Notes: generated from the letters alone by a model not told the origin. A stretch of 60,263 nucleotides of DNA from Pseudobdellovibrionaceae bacterium (GCA_043745515.1 JAYTTH010000316.1:1-60263), one strand, 5' to 3'; positions 1-10,149 are shown, counted from the stretch's first letter. Translations and numbers: made by a program.

Positions 1-76
1 GGTGGATTTGCACTTTTTGAAGTTCGATTCAAGAGAACTAGTGAAAATAAATGGAAAATAAGCTATTTCCAAGCCC

Positions 77-997
77 ATGCCGGCTAATCAGCAAAAAAAG
101 CGATTCACCAAAGTAAATATTGAAATTAGCAATATCTGCAATCTCCAGTGCAGCTTTTGTCCGGAAGTAATTCGCACAAAAAAACTCATATCGTTAGATT
201 TATTTGATCGAATAATTCGGCAAGTCGCGCCATTAACAGAACAGGTTTGTTTTCATCTTATGGGTGATCCGCTTGTACACCCAGAGCTTTCTTCCTTGAT
301 CAGCATTTGCTACCAATATGACGTAAAAATATTTTTCGTTACGAACGGAATTTTGCTAAGAGAGCAGCAGCAAGAGTTACTATTGCATACCGCTTTTAGG
401 CAGGTGAACTTTTCACTACATAGTTTTCATGATAATTTTCCAGATAAAGACCCAACCGAGTATTTAAATCGCATTTTTAGCTATACGGAACGCGCATTCA
501 TCGAAAGGCACGATCTTTATTTAAATTATCGCCTTTGGAACTTGCAAGATGTCCGTGGTACCAGTGAAAAAAATAGATCTCTACTTCGTCGAATAGAAGA
601 TTATTTTAAAATATTGATTGGTACCGATATTGATGTCCGAAATAAAAAAAGTATTCATCTGAAAAATCGATTGTATCTTCATTTTGACACAGAATTTATC
701 TGGCCATCAATAGATCTTCCAGTGCTAGGTTTGTCAGGCACCTGCTATGGATTGTCTTCGCATTTTGGCATATTGGTTGATGGCACCGTGGTGCCCTGCT
801 GCTTGGATAAAGAAGGCGAAATTCCCCTTGGCTCCGTTGAAACGGAATCACTTATCGATATCTTAAATAGTCCACGCTCAAAGGCCATTCTAGAAGGATT
901 CAAAAAAAATAAACTTGTAGAAAATCTATGCCAGCGTTGCCAATACATCGAGCGATTTCAAAACGTGGGACCCAAGTCTGAATCACTTGGACTTTGA
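77..997 (+). CDS. radical SAM / SPASM-like domain protein
   Basis: 306-aa ORF. N-terminal CNLQCSFC (CxxxCxxC) radical-SAM cluster motif. Cys-rich C-terminus (VVPCCLDKEGE, CQRCQY) as in SPASM/twitch extensions. The 3' end overlaps the convergent helicase gene by 15 nt. Confidence 0.8.
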   Translation: MPANQQKKRFTKVNIEISNICNLQCSFCPEVIRTKKLISLDLFDRIIRQVAPLTEQVCFHLMGDPLVHPELSSLISICYQYDVKIFFVTNGILLREQQQELLLHTAFRQVNFSLHSFHDNFPDKDPTEYLNRIFSYTERAFIERHDLYLNYRLWNLQDVRGTSEKNRSLLRRIEDYFKILIGTDIDVRNKKSIHLKNRLYLHFDTEFIWPSIDLPVLGLSGTCYGLSSHFGILVDGTVVPCCLDKEGEIPLGSVETESLIDILNSPRSKAILEGFKKNKLVENLCQRCQYIERFQNVGPKSESLGL

Positions 998-2110
998 AGG
1001 GTTGGATTTAATCGATTCCAATTTTTTAATAAAGGATTCATCACGTTCAGTTACAAAATTGATCACGAGACCTTTTCGGCCGGCACGAGCCGTACGACCA
1101 ACGCGGTGAACATAATTTTCCATTTCTTTTGGTAAATGATAATTTACAACTCGGCCTATATGGTCAATATCAAGGCCGCGCGAACCTAAATCTGTTGAAA
1201 TTAACAAATCTACTTTGCCTTCACGAAATGCTTTTAAGTTATTGCGACGAATGATTTTATCCATTTCGCCTCTATAAACCAGACACTTATACCCATTGTC
1301 TTTAAGTAAATCAGACAAAGTGTCACATTGTTGTCGAGTATTTGTAAAAACTAATGTTCCTCCGTCTATCTTTTCTGCCAGCAGTTTTTGCATTAACGGA
1401 AACCGTTTTCCATCTACGACTGTTTTATTAATTGTTTTCAATGTTGGCACCAATTTCTGGCTACCCGAGCTACGAATTATTTCGGCCCCTGCAAACAATT
1501 TATTTATTAATTCTTGAACCACAGGGGAAACGGTTGCTGAAAACAAACCCATCTGGCAACTAGTCGGGCAATCTTCTTCTATTCGAATCGCATCTGATAA
1601 AAAGCTTTGATCGAGCATTTGATCGACTTCATCGAAAATTAAAATTCGAATATCCGTCATATTTACAAGTTCACGTTCGATCAGCTGAACGAGTCGCCCC
1701 GGCGTTGCGACCAAAACTTCAAAAGGACCTTTGACATTTCGTTTAGCAACATCAAGGGCGGTTCCGCCAAGGACAGTCCGGACTCGCAACCTTGTCGAAT
1801 GAGTAAGCGGTTTAAATACCTTGGACACCTGTTCCCCAAGTTCTCGGGTGGGTACGATCACGGCGGCGCGAGGCCTGCTTTCTTCAGTGATGGCTTGCCC
1901 TTGGTTTTCCAGCGATTTTAGCAAATGTAAAATGGGCAATACATAGGCTAATGTTTTACCGCTGCCTGTTTCTGAAACCCCGACGATAGATTTGCCATCT
2001 AAAAAAACAGGAATGGATCGACTCTGAATTTCAGTCGGAGTGACCAATCCTTTTTCATTCAAGAACGCCTGCAATGTTGGTAATAACTTAAAACTAGAAA
2101 AAGAGCCCAT
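983..2110 (-). CDS. DEAD-box ATP-dependent RNA helicase
   Basis: Motifs SETGSGKTLAY (I), PTRELG (Ia), FDEVD (II variant), SAT (III), HRVGRTARAG (VI). Start placed at MGSFSSF (ATG 2110, AGGA about 8 nt upstream). The ORF is open up to 2200. Confidence 0.85.
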   Translation of the reverse strand: MGSFSSFKLLPTLQAFLNEKGLVTPTEIQSRSIPVFLDGKSIVGVSETGSGKTLAYVLPILHLLKSLENQGQAITEESRPRAAVIVPTRELGEQVSKVFKPLTHSTRLRVRTVLGGTALDVAKRNVKGPFEVLVATPGRLVQLIERELVNMTDIRILIFDEVDQMLDQSFLSDAIRIEEDCPTSCQMGLFSATVSPVVQELINKLFAGAEIIRSSGSQKLVPTLKTINKTVVDGKRFPLMQKLLAEKIDGGTLVFTNTRQQCDTLSDLLKDNGYKCLVYRGEMDKIIRRNNLKAFREGKVDLLISTDLGSRGLDIDHIGRVVNYHLPKEMENYVHRVGRTARAGRKGLVINFVTERDESFIKKLESIKSNPSKSK

Positions 2111-2236
2111 ATTGATTTTGTCCTTTAGGATGGCACTATATTTACTATACTGTGGAACTGCAAGCTTTACGGTGTAGGAGGCGTTATGCGGATACGACAA
2201 ATGGGATTTTCTTCACGGCTGAAGGCCCACAGAAAC

Positions 2237-2512
2237 ATGGTTACCCTAGAAACCCTCCGGTTCATTTCTGAATTTCTATTGGATGGCAACGCCAGGCAGG
2301 CCGCTTTACGATCAGGTATCCCAGAAACCTATGCAACAAGGCACGGTCAATGGTTAAAAAAACATCCTATTGTAAAAAAGGCGCTGGAATCAGAACTAGA
2401 TGATCGCGACTTAAAACAACTAAGCAAGTCTTTGGCTGAAATTGAAAAGCAGATGGATGTATGTAGAAAAATACTTGGAATTGACTCTCTTAGCTGGCCT
2501 AAATTACTTTAA
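2237..2512 (+). CDS. small HTH protein resembling the N-terminal domain of phage terminase small subunits (Terminase_2-like)
   Basis: RFISEFLLDGNARQAALRSGIPETYATRHGQWLKKHPIVKKAL matches the F..eYl.dGNa.qAa..AGys..A signature. Start chosen at MVTLETL. The ORF is open from 2186. No other phage genes are nearby. Confidence 0.5.
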   Translation: MVTLETLRFISEFLLDGNARQAALRSGIPETYATRHGQWLKKHPIVKKALESELDDRDLKQLSKSLAEIEKQMDVCRKILGIDSLSWPKLL

Positions 2513-2594
2513 AAATGGTTGAGTTATGGCATCTGGGACGTTAAAACACATTAATTAAGAAAGACCGTTTTTCTTATTCCAAAAGAGGGAACCC

Positions 2595-3134
2595 ATGAAA
2601 CTTTCGTTTATTTTAACTGTTTTGTTTTTAAATTTTGAACTAAACGCTCAATCTATCGGAACCCTTTCTTACGGCGGCACTGGTTGTCCAAAAAATAGTC
2701 TTACTTATGCTTTATCTTCAGGCCAGCAAGAACTTGTTTTGGACTACAACAGGTTTTTTGTTCGAAGTGGTCCCGGAACTAATAAATCACTGGATCGAAA
2801 GTATTGTAACCTAGCTATCCCCGTTCACGTTCCAGCAGGATATGAAATTGCATTGGCTACTGAATCTGAAGGCAAAGCATTGGTTCGAGCTACGGGAAAA
2901 GCCACCTTAAATGTGGAGAGCTTTTTTCCAGGTACGTCTGGAATTAAAAACACAAAGGTGTTCAAACTAGGCCACTATAATGTAACTATAGGGGATTCCG
3001 AAAATTCAATTGCCTGGAGTACTTGTGGTTCCGACACCATCCTCAGAATGAATATTTCGGCAACGACCCAAAAAGATGCTGCCCTTTATTTAAATCAACT
3101 TCGGTTCAAACTATTTCTTAGATCCTGCAAATAG
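2595..3134 (+). CDS. secreted protein, DUF4360-like
   Basis: Signal peptide MKLSFILTVLFLNFELNA. Conserved-looking Cys contexts GTGCPKNS, RKYCNLAIPVHVPAGY and WSTCGSDTILRMNI fit my recollection of DUF4360. Confidence 0.6.
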   Translation: MKLSFILTVLFLNFELNAQSIGTLSYGGTGCPKNSLTYALSSGQQELVLDYNRFFVRSGPGTNKSLDRKYCNLAIPVHVPAGYEIALATESEGKALVRATGKATLNVESFFPGTSGIKNTKVFKLGHYNVTIGDSENSIAWSTCGSDTILRMNISATTQKDAALYLNQLRFKLFLRSCK

Positions 3135-3150
3135 TAATTTGATTCAATCT

Positions 3151-3193
3151 CGACCTAAGGTGAGGTGACCCACTTCACTTTGGTCGAATTTTG
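3151..3193 (+). terminator. intrinsic terminator after the 2595-3134 gene
   Basis: CGACC-T-AAGGTGAGGTG-ACC-CACTTCACTTT-GGTCG forms about a 16-bp stem (two G-U pairs, one bulge). It is followed by AATTTTGAGTTT. Confidence 0.6.
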
Positions 3194-3237
3194 AGTTTCC
3201 AGCCCTTAGCTTTCGCTTATATATTACGAATTAGAGT

Positions 3238-4581
3238 ATGAAAATGAAAAACTTTTTCAAACATGTCATCGTATCTAAACAACAATTTATCCAATCGGCA
3301 GTTGTACTTTTGATCATGGGTATTACAAGCACCGCAGCCATAGGATTTTATCGCTACAAAACTCAAGAAAATATGCGCCTAAACACGTTTGCACAGCTTC
3401 AAATTTTAAAATCGGCGATTGTGCAACCGCTGTGGAATATGGATACAAAGGCCATCAAGCATATTGTGGAGTCTGTATTGGCTGACGAATCGAACTCTAT
3501 CCTTTCGATTCGGGTTTTTGATACTGAGTTGCACGATCAAGAAAATAGCATTTTAGTTTCACAAAATGGGCCGGAATGGACCAACCAAACTTTTGTTGAA
3601 TTGAAAAACCAAGATGACCATCTCTTTTTAGAATCACCAGTTTCCTACAAAGGCGCTCAACTAGGTACCATCCAGATAATTTTCAATATATCCGACATAC
3701 AGCAAGAAATGGCCAGGATATCGTTGTTACTTGCTATCGGACTTTTATTTGTCACCGGCCTTACAGCATCTCTATTTGTGACTCTTCATTTGCGGCGATT
3801 GTCAAAAGAACTGAAAAAACAAGTAGAAGAACGCACTCATCAATTGGATAGCCAAAGAATGGCCATGGTAAATTCATCTAGGTTGGCGGCACTTGGCGAA
3901 ATGTCTGCTGGCATCGCTCATGAAATTAATAATCCGTTAGCTGTAATCGAAGGAACCACGCAACTAATTTCACGAGCTGTCGATCAGCAAGAAAATCCTA
4001 AAAAAATTGAAGCCCATTTAGAAAAGATATCCAAAATGGTTACCCGTATTTCTAAAATTATTAACGGTTTACGCGCATTCTCAAGGGATGCCAGTCAAGA
4101 ACCAAAAACAGAATTTTTGGTCGAACGGTTTTTTTCTGATATTTCGGATCTTTGCCATTCCAAGCTAACTAACAAACAAATTGAAATTCAATTTGTCGTG
4201 GATGATAAAAGCACAACATTGCACGCACGGGAGGTTCAATTGTCACAGGTAATTATTAACATGATTAATAATTCAGTTGATGCAATTGATAGCCTTGATC
4301 ATAAATGGATACGGGTCGAATGCTTTTCAAATGTAAATTCCACAGTTCTTTCAATCACCGATTCAGGATTTGGAATTCCAATTGAAGTACAGAAAAAAAT
4401 GTTACAACCTTTTTTTACCACTAAAGAACAAGGTAAGGGAACCGGACTGGGCCTCAGTATCTCTATCGGTATTATTGAAGCACATCAAGGCAAGCTTGAA
4501 TATTGCCAAGGTCAAAAACACACTAGATTTGAAATCTGCCTTAAAAAACACAGTCCGACAGTACAGAAATCTGCAGCCTAA
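3238..4581 (+). CDS. sensor histidine kinase
   Basis: Two TM segments flank a periplasmic region. H-box SAGIAHEINNPL, N-box NMINNSVDA, G-boxes DSGFGIP and GTGLGLS. Confidence 0.85.
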   Translation: MKMKNFFKHVIVSKQQFIQSAVVLLIMGITSTAAIGFYRYKTQENMRLNTFAQLQILKSAIVQPLWNMDTKAIKHIVESVLADESNSILSIRVFDTELHDQENSILVSQNGPEWTNQTFVELKNQDDHLFLESPVSYKGAQLGTIQIIFNISDIQQEMARISLLLAIGLLFVTGLTASLFVTLHLRRLSKELKKQVEERTHQLDSQRMAMVNSSRLAALGEMSAGIAHEINNPLAVIEGTTQLISRAVDQQENPKKIEAHLEKISKMVTRISKIINGLRAFSRDASQEPKTEFLVERFFSDISDLCHSKLTNKQIEIQFVVDDKSTTLHAREVQLSQVIINMINNSVDAIDSLDHKWIRVECFSNVNSTVLSITDSGFGIPIEVQKKMLQPFFTTKEQGKGTGLGLSISIGIIEAHQGKLEYCQGQKHTRFEICLKKHSPTVQKSAA

Positions 4582-4582
4582 A

Positions 4583-5314
4583 CTATTTAATTCCATATTT
4601 TATTTCAAGATTTTTAAAAAATCCATCTTGTCTCATTTTTTCTAAACCTGCTTCAAAAGCCTTTGGGTCCACCGTGCTGGACTTTAAAATACCACATTTT
4701 ATAGGAATAGATTCAACCAATAAAGATTCGGCAGATTTTAAAGAACTAATTTTATGCGCTTGAACTTGCCAATGAAAAGTTCCGAGTTCTATAAAAATGT
4801 ACTGAACGCGTTTTTTTTCCAATAGACCAATGTTAATGGCTTCATTCTGAGTATCCAAGCGTTTTAATTTTCCCTGCGAGATAAGATCCTCTAAGTTTTT
4901 ATAGACATATCCTGTTACGGTTCCCAGTCTTTTTCCATTTAAATCCGACAACTTTTTGATTGCTTGAGTTCCCTTCTTCCAAACAATTCCATTGGCAAAA
5001 TGAAATAGTGGCGAGGACCAATAATACATTTCTGGCTTTGAAACCCAAGATTCATTTGTGAGGCAACGAATGTCAATTTTATCGCTAGCCACCGCAGATT
5101 CAACTCGGTTTCTAGAATAATAATGAAATTCAGATTTTGAATCCAATTGTTTTGAAATGCCTTCAAATATTTCCTTCATAGCGCCGCCAACTAGAGCTTT
5201 TTCCTTATCCACGTAGGCATACGGCTCTGTCCATGATTCGACTACAGAATAACGAATTGCCTTAGGTTTGGCGTCGGCAAGACTTAAAATAGAGATTAGA
5301 AAAAATAGTAGCAT
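4583..5314 (-). CDS. periplasmic substrate-binding protein (family-3-like)
   Basis: Signal peptide MLLFFLISILSLADA. Size and motifs (GTVTGYVY, LDTQNEAINIGLLEKKRVQY) resemble polar amino-acid binding proteins. Convergent with the kinase gene. Confidence 0.55.
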   Translation of the reverse strand: MLLFFLISILSLADAKPKAIRYSVVESWTEPYAYVDKEKALVGGAMKEIFEGISKQLDSKSEFHYYSRNRVESAVASDKIDIRCLTNESWVSKPEMYYWSSPLFHFANGIVWKKGTQAIKKLSDLNGKRLGTVTGYVYKNLEDLISQGKLKRLDTQNEAINIGLLEKKRVQYIFIELGTFHWQVQAHKISSLKSAESLLVESIPIKCGILKSSTVDPKAFEAGLEKMRQDGFFKNLEIKYGIK

Positions 5315-5456
5315 TTCAAAATTATTATCAGACTGACACTCTGATTGCTACAGTTCTTTTCCCCGATTGACATACTAATCAATATTGTCTGAGAATAGAG
5401 CCATTGCATATAGTGGAATCTTGCATTGAAGGCTTTAAAAAAAAGGAGACTTTTTT

Positions 5457-6062
5457 GTGGTAAACTCAGCATTCACTATGGGGAAAGGGCGACTTGAAGC
5501 CTTCAGTGACGGTGTCTTGGCAATCCTTATTACCATCATGGTTTTAGAATTGAAAGTACCACATGGTGACAGTCTAGTGGTTTTGATTCCTATGATTCCA
5601 ATTTTTCTTTGCTATGTTTTAAGTTTTATTTATCTTGGAATATATTGGAACAATCATCACCACTTGTTACACATGTGTAAAAATGTTACGGGATCAATTC
5701 TGTGGGCAAATCTTCATTTGCTGTTCTGGCTTTCATTGGTTCCATTTGCAACGGGCTGGTTGGGTGAAAATCATTTTTCAGGAATGCCCGCGGGAATTTA
5801 TGGTGTGGTGCTGTTTATGGCTGGCGTGGCATACTACATTTTGCAACAAACAATTGTGAAATCTCAGGGGCCAGATTCCATTTTAAAAAAAGCGATTGGC
5901 AGAGATTGGAAAGGGAAGTCTTCCCCTTTATTCTATTTACTTGCGATTTCGTTTTCTTTTTGGTCGTCCTGGGCAGCATTGGGAATATATGTATTTGTCG
6001 CACTTATGTGGCTTATTCCGGATCGTCGAATTGAACTCATTTTAAATTCGCAAAACAAATAA
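5457..6062 (+). CDS. TMEM175/DUF1211-family putative K+ channel (paralog 1)
   Basis: RLEAFSDGVLAILITIMVLEL signature plus a second-repeat WLSLVPFATGW. GTG start with AGGAGA 7 nt upstream. Alignable over its whole length with 57385-57963. Confidence 0.75.
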   Translation: MVNSAFTMGKGRLEAFSDGVLAILITIMVLELKVPHGDSLVVLIPMIPIFLCYVLSFIYLGIYWNNHHHLLHMCKNVTGSILWANLHLLFWLSLVPFATGWLGENHFSGMPAGIYGVVLFMAGVAYYILQQTIVKSQGPDSILKKAIGRDWKGKSSPLFYLLAISFSFWSSWAALGIYVFVALMWLIPDRRIELILNSQNK

Positions 6063-6118
6063 AAAGATTTTATGAATGTAGTAGACAGTTTTTAAATGAG
6101 CTAAGTATACTGCGAACT

Positions 6119-6661
6119 ATGAATAAAAAATCTATCCTAATTGCGTGTTTAATTTTTGTACTAGGAATTGGCCTAATGGTTTATGTTGCTCTCAATACAA
6201 GTTGCACAGTTTCAGTTGATCGTAGTTTTGATGCGTCCCCGGAAAGAATTTGGAAAATTTGGATCGATCCAGAAATGATGAAACATTGGTGGGGACCCAA
6301 AAACTACACTGCGCCTGTAATTCAAAATGATGTGCGTTTAGATGGACGATTTTTATTTTCGATGAAAAGCTCAGAAGGAAAACAGAATTGGAACGCCGGT
6401 CATTATATCGAAGTCGTCCCGTTTCAAAAACTTGTGTACCTAATGTATTTTTCTGACGACAAAGGTAAAATGATTCAAGCTTCGGATATTGGAATACCTG
6501 GACAGTGGCCAGATGAAATTAAAGTGTCCGTTGAGTTCAAAGAATCGGGCGGGCAAACAACTATTTCTGTCGTAGAAGAAGGTATACCTACTATTTTGTA
6601 TTTTTTTGCGAAAATGGGATGGAATCAACAATTTGACAAACTTGAATCACTTTCTAAATAG
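6119..6661 (+). CDS. SRPBCC/AHSA1-domain protein with N-terminal TM anchor
   Basis: DASPERIWKIWIDPEMMKHWWGP and the length are typical of Activator-of-Hsp90-ATPase-homolog-1-like SRPBCC proteins. Confidence 0.7.
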   Translation: MNKKSILIACLIFVLGIGLMVYVALNTSCTVSVDRSFDASPERIWKIWIDPEMMKHWWGPKNYTAPVIQNDVRLDGRFLFSMKSSEGKQNWNAGHYIEVVPFQKLVYLMYFSDDKGKMIQASDIGIPGQWPDEIKVSVEFKESGGQTTISVVEEGIPTILYFFAKMGWNQQFDKLESLSK

Positions 6662-6727
6662 ATTTTCCAAAAAAATAGTTGGTTTATAGAGGATAAAAAT
6701 AGAAATAGTTTACGAATCCTTCGATTA

Positions 6728-7681
6728 CTATACTACTTGATCGGATTGTAGGCGACACACAGTTTTTGAATCACCAATTTCAATTTGAACAGTCACATGT
6801 TGTATTTTAAATTGTTTATCTAAGTCTTCTGATATTTTGGCCAACACCTCATCACCAGGATGTCCTGCAGGCATCATTAAATGCACAGTCAATGCGATTT
6901 CTTTCGTGCTCATTGCCCAAACATGCAAATCATGCAGAGCGCTCACACCTCTGATTGAAGATAAATATGTCTTAAGCTTATTTGTATCAATCCCCGCGGG
7001 AACCGCGGCCAACGCTAATATAAATGATTCACTTAATAGACTCCAGGTTCCGATAACTATGATGACACCGATTACAATACTGACTATCGAATCTAAAACA
7101 AGCCATCCCGTGAAGCTCATAATGGCTCCGGTCACAACGACTCCCAATGAAACCAACGCATCTGCGGCCATGTGCATGCAGGCACCACGAATATTTAAAT
7201 CAGACTTTCTTCCTGATGCAAAAAGCAGCGCAGTGGTCCCATTTATTAAAATTCCAATAGCGGCTACTGACATGACGACTGCGCTAGAAACGGTTTCTGG
7301 ATTTCCCAACCTTACGATAGCTTCCCAAATTATCCCACCGACCACCAAAAGCAAAACAATAGCATTAACTAACGCTGCCAAAATGGAGGAATGGCCAAAT
7401 CCATACGTAAATCGCCCAGATGGTTTTTTTTTACCTAGCCAGGTCGCTCCCCATGCTAGCAATAACCCCAGTACGTCGCTTAAATTGTGACCTGCATCGG
7501 CCATCAATGCGAGTGAGTTGGCATAGTATCCGTAGCCGGCTTCTATGATGACAAACATTGAATTCAAAGCAATGCCAATGGCAAACGCTTTTGAAAAATC
7601 AATGGGTGCATGACTATGACCATGATGGGAATGGTCGTGATCGTGTTTATGGTCATGAGAGTGATCGTGAGTATGCACCAT
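6728..7681 (-). CDS. cation diffusion facilitator (CzcD/ZitB-like) metal efflux transporter
   Basis: His-rich N-terminus HTHDHSHDHKHDHDHSHHGHSH. Six TM segments. ADAGHNLSDV and HMAADALVS motifs. C-terminal cytoplasmic domain. Confidence 0.85.
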   Translation of the reverse strand: MVHTHDHSHDHKHDHDHSHHGHSHAPIDFSKAFAIGIALNSMFVIIEAGYGYYANSLALMADAGHNLSDVLGLLLAWGATWLGKKKPSGRFTYGFGHSSILAALVNAIVLLLVVGGIIWEAIVRLGNPETVSSAVVMSVAAIGILINGTTALLFASGRKSDLNIRGACMHMAADALVSLGVVVTGAIMSFTGWLVLDSIVSIVIGVIIVIGTWSLLSESFILALAAVPAGIDTNKLKTYLSSIRGVSALHDLHVWAMSTKEIALTVHLMMPAGHPGDEVLAKISEDLDKQFKIQHVTVQIEIGDSKTVCRLQSDQVV

Positions 7682-7705
7682 TATGAAACCTTTTTTAGCA
7701 TGATT

Positions 7706-8533
7706 TTAAATAATTCCTTTTATCATTCGAGTAATTTTATCTCGCGCTTGCTCTGTAGTTTTCCACTTTGGCTCCATTAGTTCTTCAACCAATTCACGCT
7801 GTTGTGTGTGAACCTGAATCAAATTTAAAAGCGCTGCTTTTACACTGATTCTGTCAGGTGTGGGAAAACTAGAATGCATACGCTGAATAAATTCTAACTG
7901 TCCCCGATCTTCTAATCTGCGAGTAACAAAAGGCTCGTTACCTTCCAAACGAGCGTGCCACATTTGCGGAACCGAACGCAGAAGGTCCAAATGTGAAGCG
8001 CAATCATAGGATTCGCCTCGACCTGCGTGGGACCAAAAATAGTGCGACCACATCCAAAATCTTTCTTCTTCATGGACTACATTTGACCAATCGGCAGGTT
8101 TTTTAAATGCCTGATTTACTTGAGTGACCCATGTTTCTAGTCGGGCCTCTTTATCAAAAACCGTGGCAATGGGGCCGCCTGAACTGGACGGTAAATCCTT
8201 TTCTATATAAAAATTTAAATCCACATGAATGTGCGGTTCAAAAAGATAAATAATGAAATGGGGTTTTACGTGATCCGCATCCATCCGATGAAACCACAAA
8301 GGCAGCGGCCATTCAAATCGGCGAAGCCAAATTTTTTCCCGCGCTTCTGTACTTGAACAAACAAATCCCAGATCCAAATCACTGTAAAAGTCCATTCCTC
8401 CGGCCGCTCCGCTACCAGATACAAAAGCAGCTTCAATTCCATCCTGAGAAATAAAATAATCCAATAAATTCTGACAGAGCTTCTTGTGCTCTGGAAGATT
8501 AATCATATGTTTAAATGATTCGGTATTTATCAT
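7706..8533 (-). CDS. nucleotidyltransferase-domain protein (Pol-beta fold)
   Basis: GSGAAGGMDFYSDLDLGF matches the G[SG]-x(9-13)-DxD minimal nucleotidyltransferase motif. Substrate unknown. Confidence 0.6.
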   Translation of the reverse strand: MINTESFKHMINLPEHKKLCQNLLDYFISQDGIEAAFVSGSGAAGGMDFYSDLDLGFVCSSTEAREKIWLRRFEWPLPLWFHRMDADHVKPHFIIYLFEPHIHVDLNFYIEKDLPSSSGGPIATVFDKEARLETWVTQVNQAFKKPADWSNVVHEEERFWMWSHYFWSHAGRGESYDCASHLDLLRSVPQMWHARLEGNEPFVTRRLEDRGQLEFIQRMHSSFPTPDRISVKAALLNLIQVHTQQRELVEELMEPKWKTTEQARDKITRMIKGII

Positions 8534-8779
8534 CTAATTTTTAGAGCGTTTTCACTTGAGCAACCAGTTGTGTGATTCATAATCCAGCTTCCTTATTTAC
8601 TCATTTTAGAAATTGGATCACGATTGTCAAGAAGGGGTAAATCTATACAATTCAGTATTAATACGGCTGATTTAAAAATGTGAGCTATACTTTAGACCGG
8701 GAACCATAATCTTAATTCCCAAAGATTTTCTGTTCACGATTATTGACGGCAATGTGGCGGCTCTTTAATGTTAGAGGTT

Positions 8780-9994
8780 ATGTCTAACACAACTACGCGA
8801 AGTAAATCTGAAAATTTTTTTTTAATATTTATGTTAGGTATTTTGAATGCCATTACCCCATTTTCTATTGATTTGTATTTGCCTGCTTTTCCTGAAATTG
8901 CTCTTTCACTTAACACCACCCTAGCCAAGGTTGGTTTTTCTGTTTCAAGCTATTTTATTGGGTATGCGTTTGGGCAGCTTTTGTATGGACCACTTTTAGA
9001 TCGCTTTGGACGTAAACCTCCCCTCTATGTGGGCATAGTAATTTATATTTTAGCTTCTTTAGCTTGTATGACTTCGAGTTCCATTGACCAACTTATGCTC
9101 TATCGGGTCGTCCAAGCGTTAGGGGGCTGTGTTACTGGGGTGGCGGCGATGGCTATGGTGAAAGATTTCTTCCCAGCTAGCGAGGGGGCTAAAATTTTTT
9201 CGCTTTTGATGTTGGTTTTAAGTGCATCACCTTTGTTAGCTCCATCAATTGGAAGTTTCATTGCTGCTGCTTGGGGCTGGCAAGCGACATTTGCTGTCCT
9301 GGCATTTATGGCCTTTTCGGTAATGGCTATAGTGTTTTTCTTTTTACCCACATCCTATACCGGCGACAAATCTATAGTCTTAAGCCCTATCCCTATATTG
9401 AATAGTTACAAAGAAATTTTGAACGTTCCCAAGTTTTTAACCTACACTGTGGCGGGATCGTTTTCATTCGCCGGTCTCTTTGTATACATAGCTGCATCCC
9501 CCGCTATTTTTATGGACGGCTTTAAAGTGAGTCCTCAGATATACAGCGCTATTTTTGCATTTCTTGCAGTGGGAATGATTGGCGGCACACAATTAAATAT
9601 TCCACTCATGAAGCATTTCAGCAGTGAATCAATTTTTAAAACTTCTGTGAGAGTACAAGTGTTGCTTGGTGGCGTTTTTATGTTTGGCGCATGGAATAAC
9701 TGGTATGGCCTGGGGACTACGATTGCCTTTCTATTTGCGGTTCTTTCTTGTGCCGGCATTGCCTCTCCCAACGCGACTTCCCTTGCCTTGTCACCTTTTT
9801 CGAAAAATGCAGGAACGGCATCGGCGACACTTGGTTTTTTACAATTGGGTATCGGTTCGGCGATTTCGGGCACTATTGGGCTGTTTGATATCAAAGGAAC
9901 GTTACCAACCGCTTCAGTCATATTTTTTTCTGCTATAATTTCATTGTCCGTCCTTATTTTAGGCAAGCAGTCGGTCGTTTCAAGATCGGCTTAA
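8780..9994 (+). CDS. MFS transporter, Bcr/CflA drug-efflux subfamily
   Basis: 12-TM protein. The N-terminus FFLIFMLGILNAITPFSIDLYLPAFPEIA parallels E. coli Bcr. GPLLDRFGRKP is MFS motif A. The ORF is open from 8768. Confidence 0.8.
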   Translation: MSNTTTRSKSENFFLIFMLGILNAITPFSIDLYLPAFPEIALSLNTTLAKVGFSVSSYFIGYAFGQLLYGPLLDRFGRKPPLYVGIVIYILASLACMTSSSIDQLMLYRVVQALGGCVTGVAAMAMVKDFFPASEGAKIFSLLMLVLSASPLLAPSIGSFIAAAWGWQATFAVLAFMAFSVMAIVFFFLPTSYTGDKSIVLSPIPILNSYKEILNVPKFLTYTVAGSFSFAGLFVYIAASPAIFMDGFKVSPQIYSAIFAFLAVGMIGGTQLNIPLMKHFSSESIFKTSVRVQVLLGGVFMFGAWNNWYGLGTTIAFLFAVLSCAGIASPNATSLALSPFSKNAGTASATLGFLQLGIGSAISGTIGLFDIKGTLPTASVIFFSAIISLSVLILGKQSVVSRSA

Positions 9995-10149
9995 CCAGCT
10001 GAATTTACAAAGGTTTACCTACAATTGAATCGATTTTTTTGTCGTAAATCGTCACATTGTCAAATTTAAAACAGGTGAGGGATTTTTAAATTTCATCTAT
10101 TATCTCGCTTTGGATTTCTATTTTTAGTTAACAAAAAACCGGAGCCCAG

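Noticed and set aside
2186-2236. Longer N-terminal extensions of several ORFs (2186, 2200, 18533, 20126, 27184, 31206, 45348, 47786, 49753, 54846, 58011)
   Set aside because: Internal starts have better Shine-Dalgarno spacing, yield signal peptides or lipoboxes at the N-terminus, or match family N-termini. The extensions overlap divergent promoters or neighbouring genes.
6837-7490. 217-aa plus-strand ORF inside the CDF transporter gene. Similar long antisense ORFs lie at 9535-9966, 17941-18429, 36097-36417, 59748-60212 and 23287-23541.
   Set aside because: They are shadow ORFs opposite well-supported genes, with no motifs and atypical composition.
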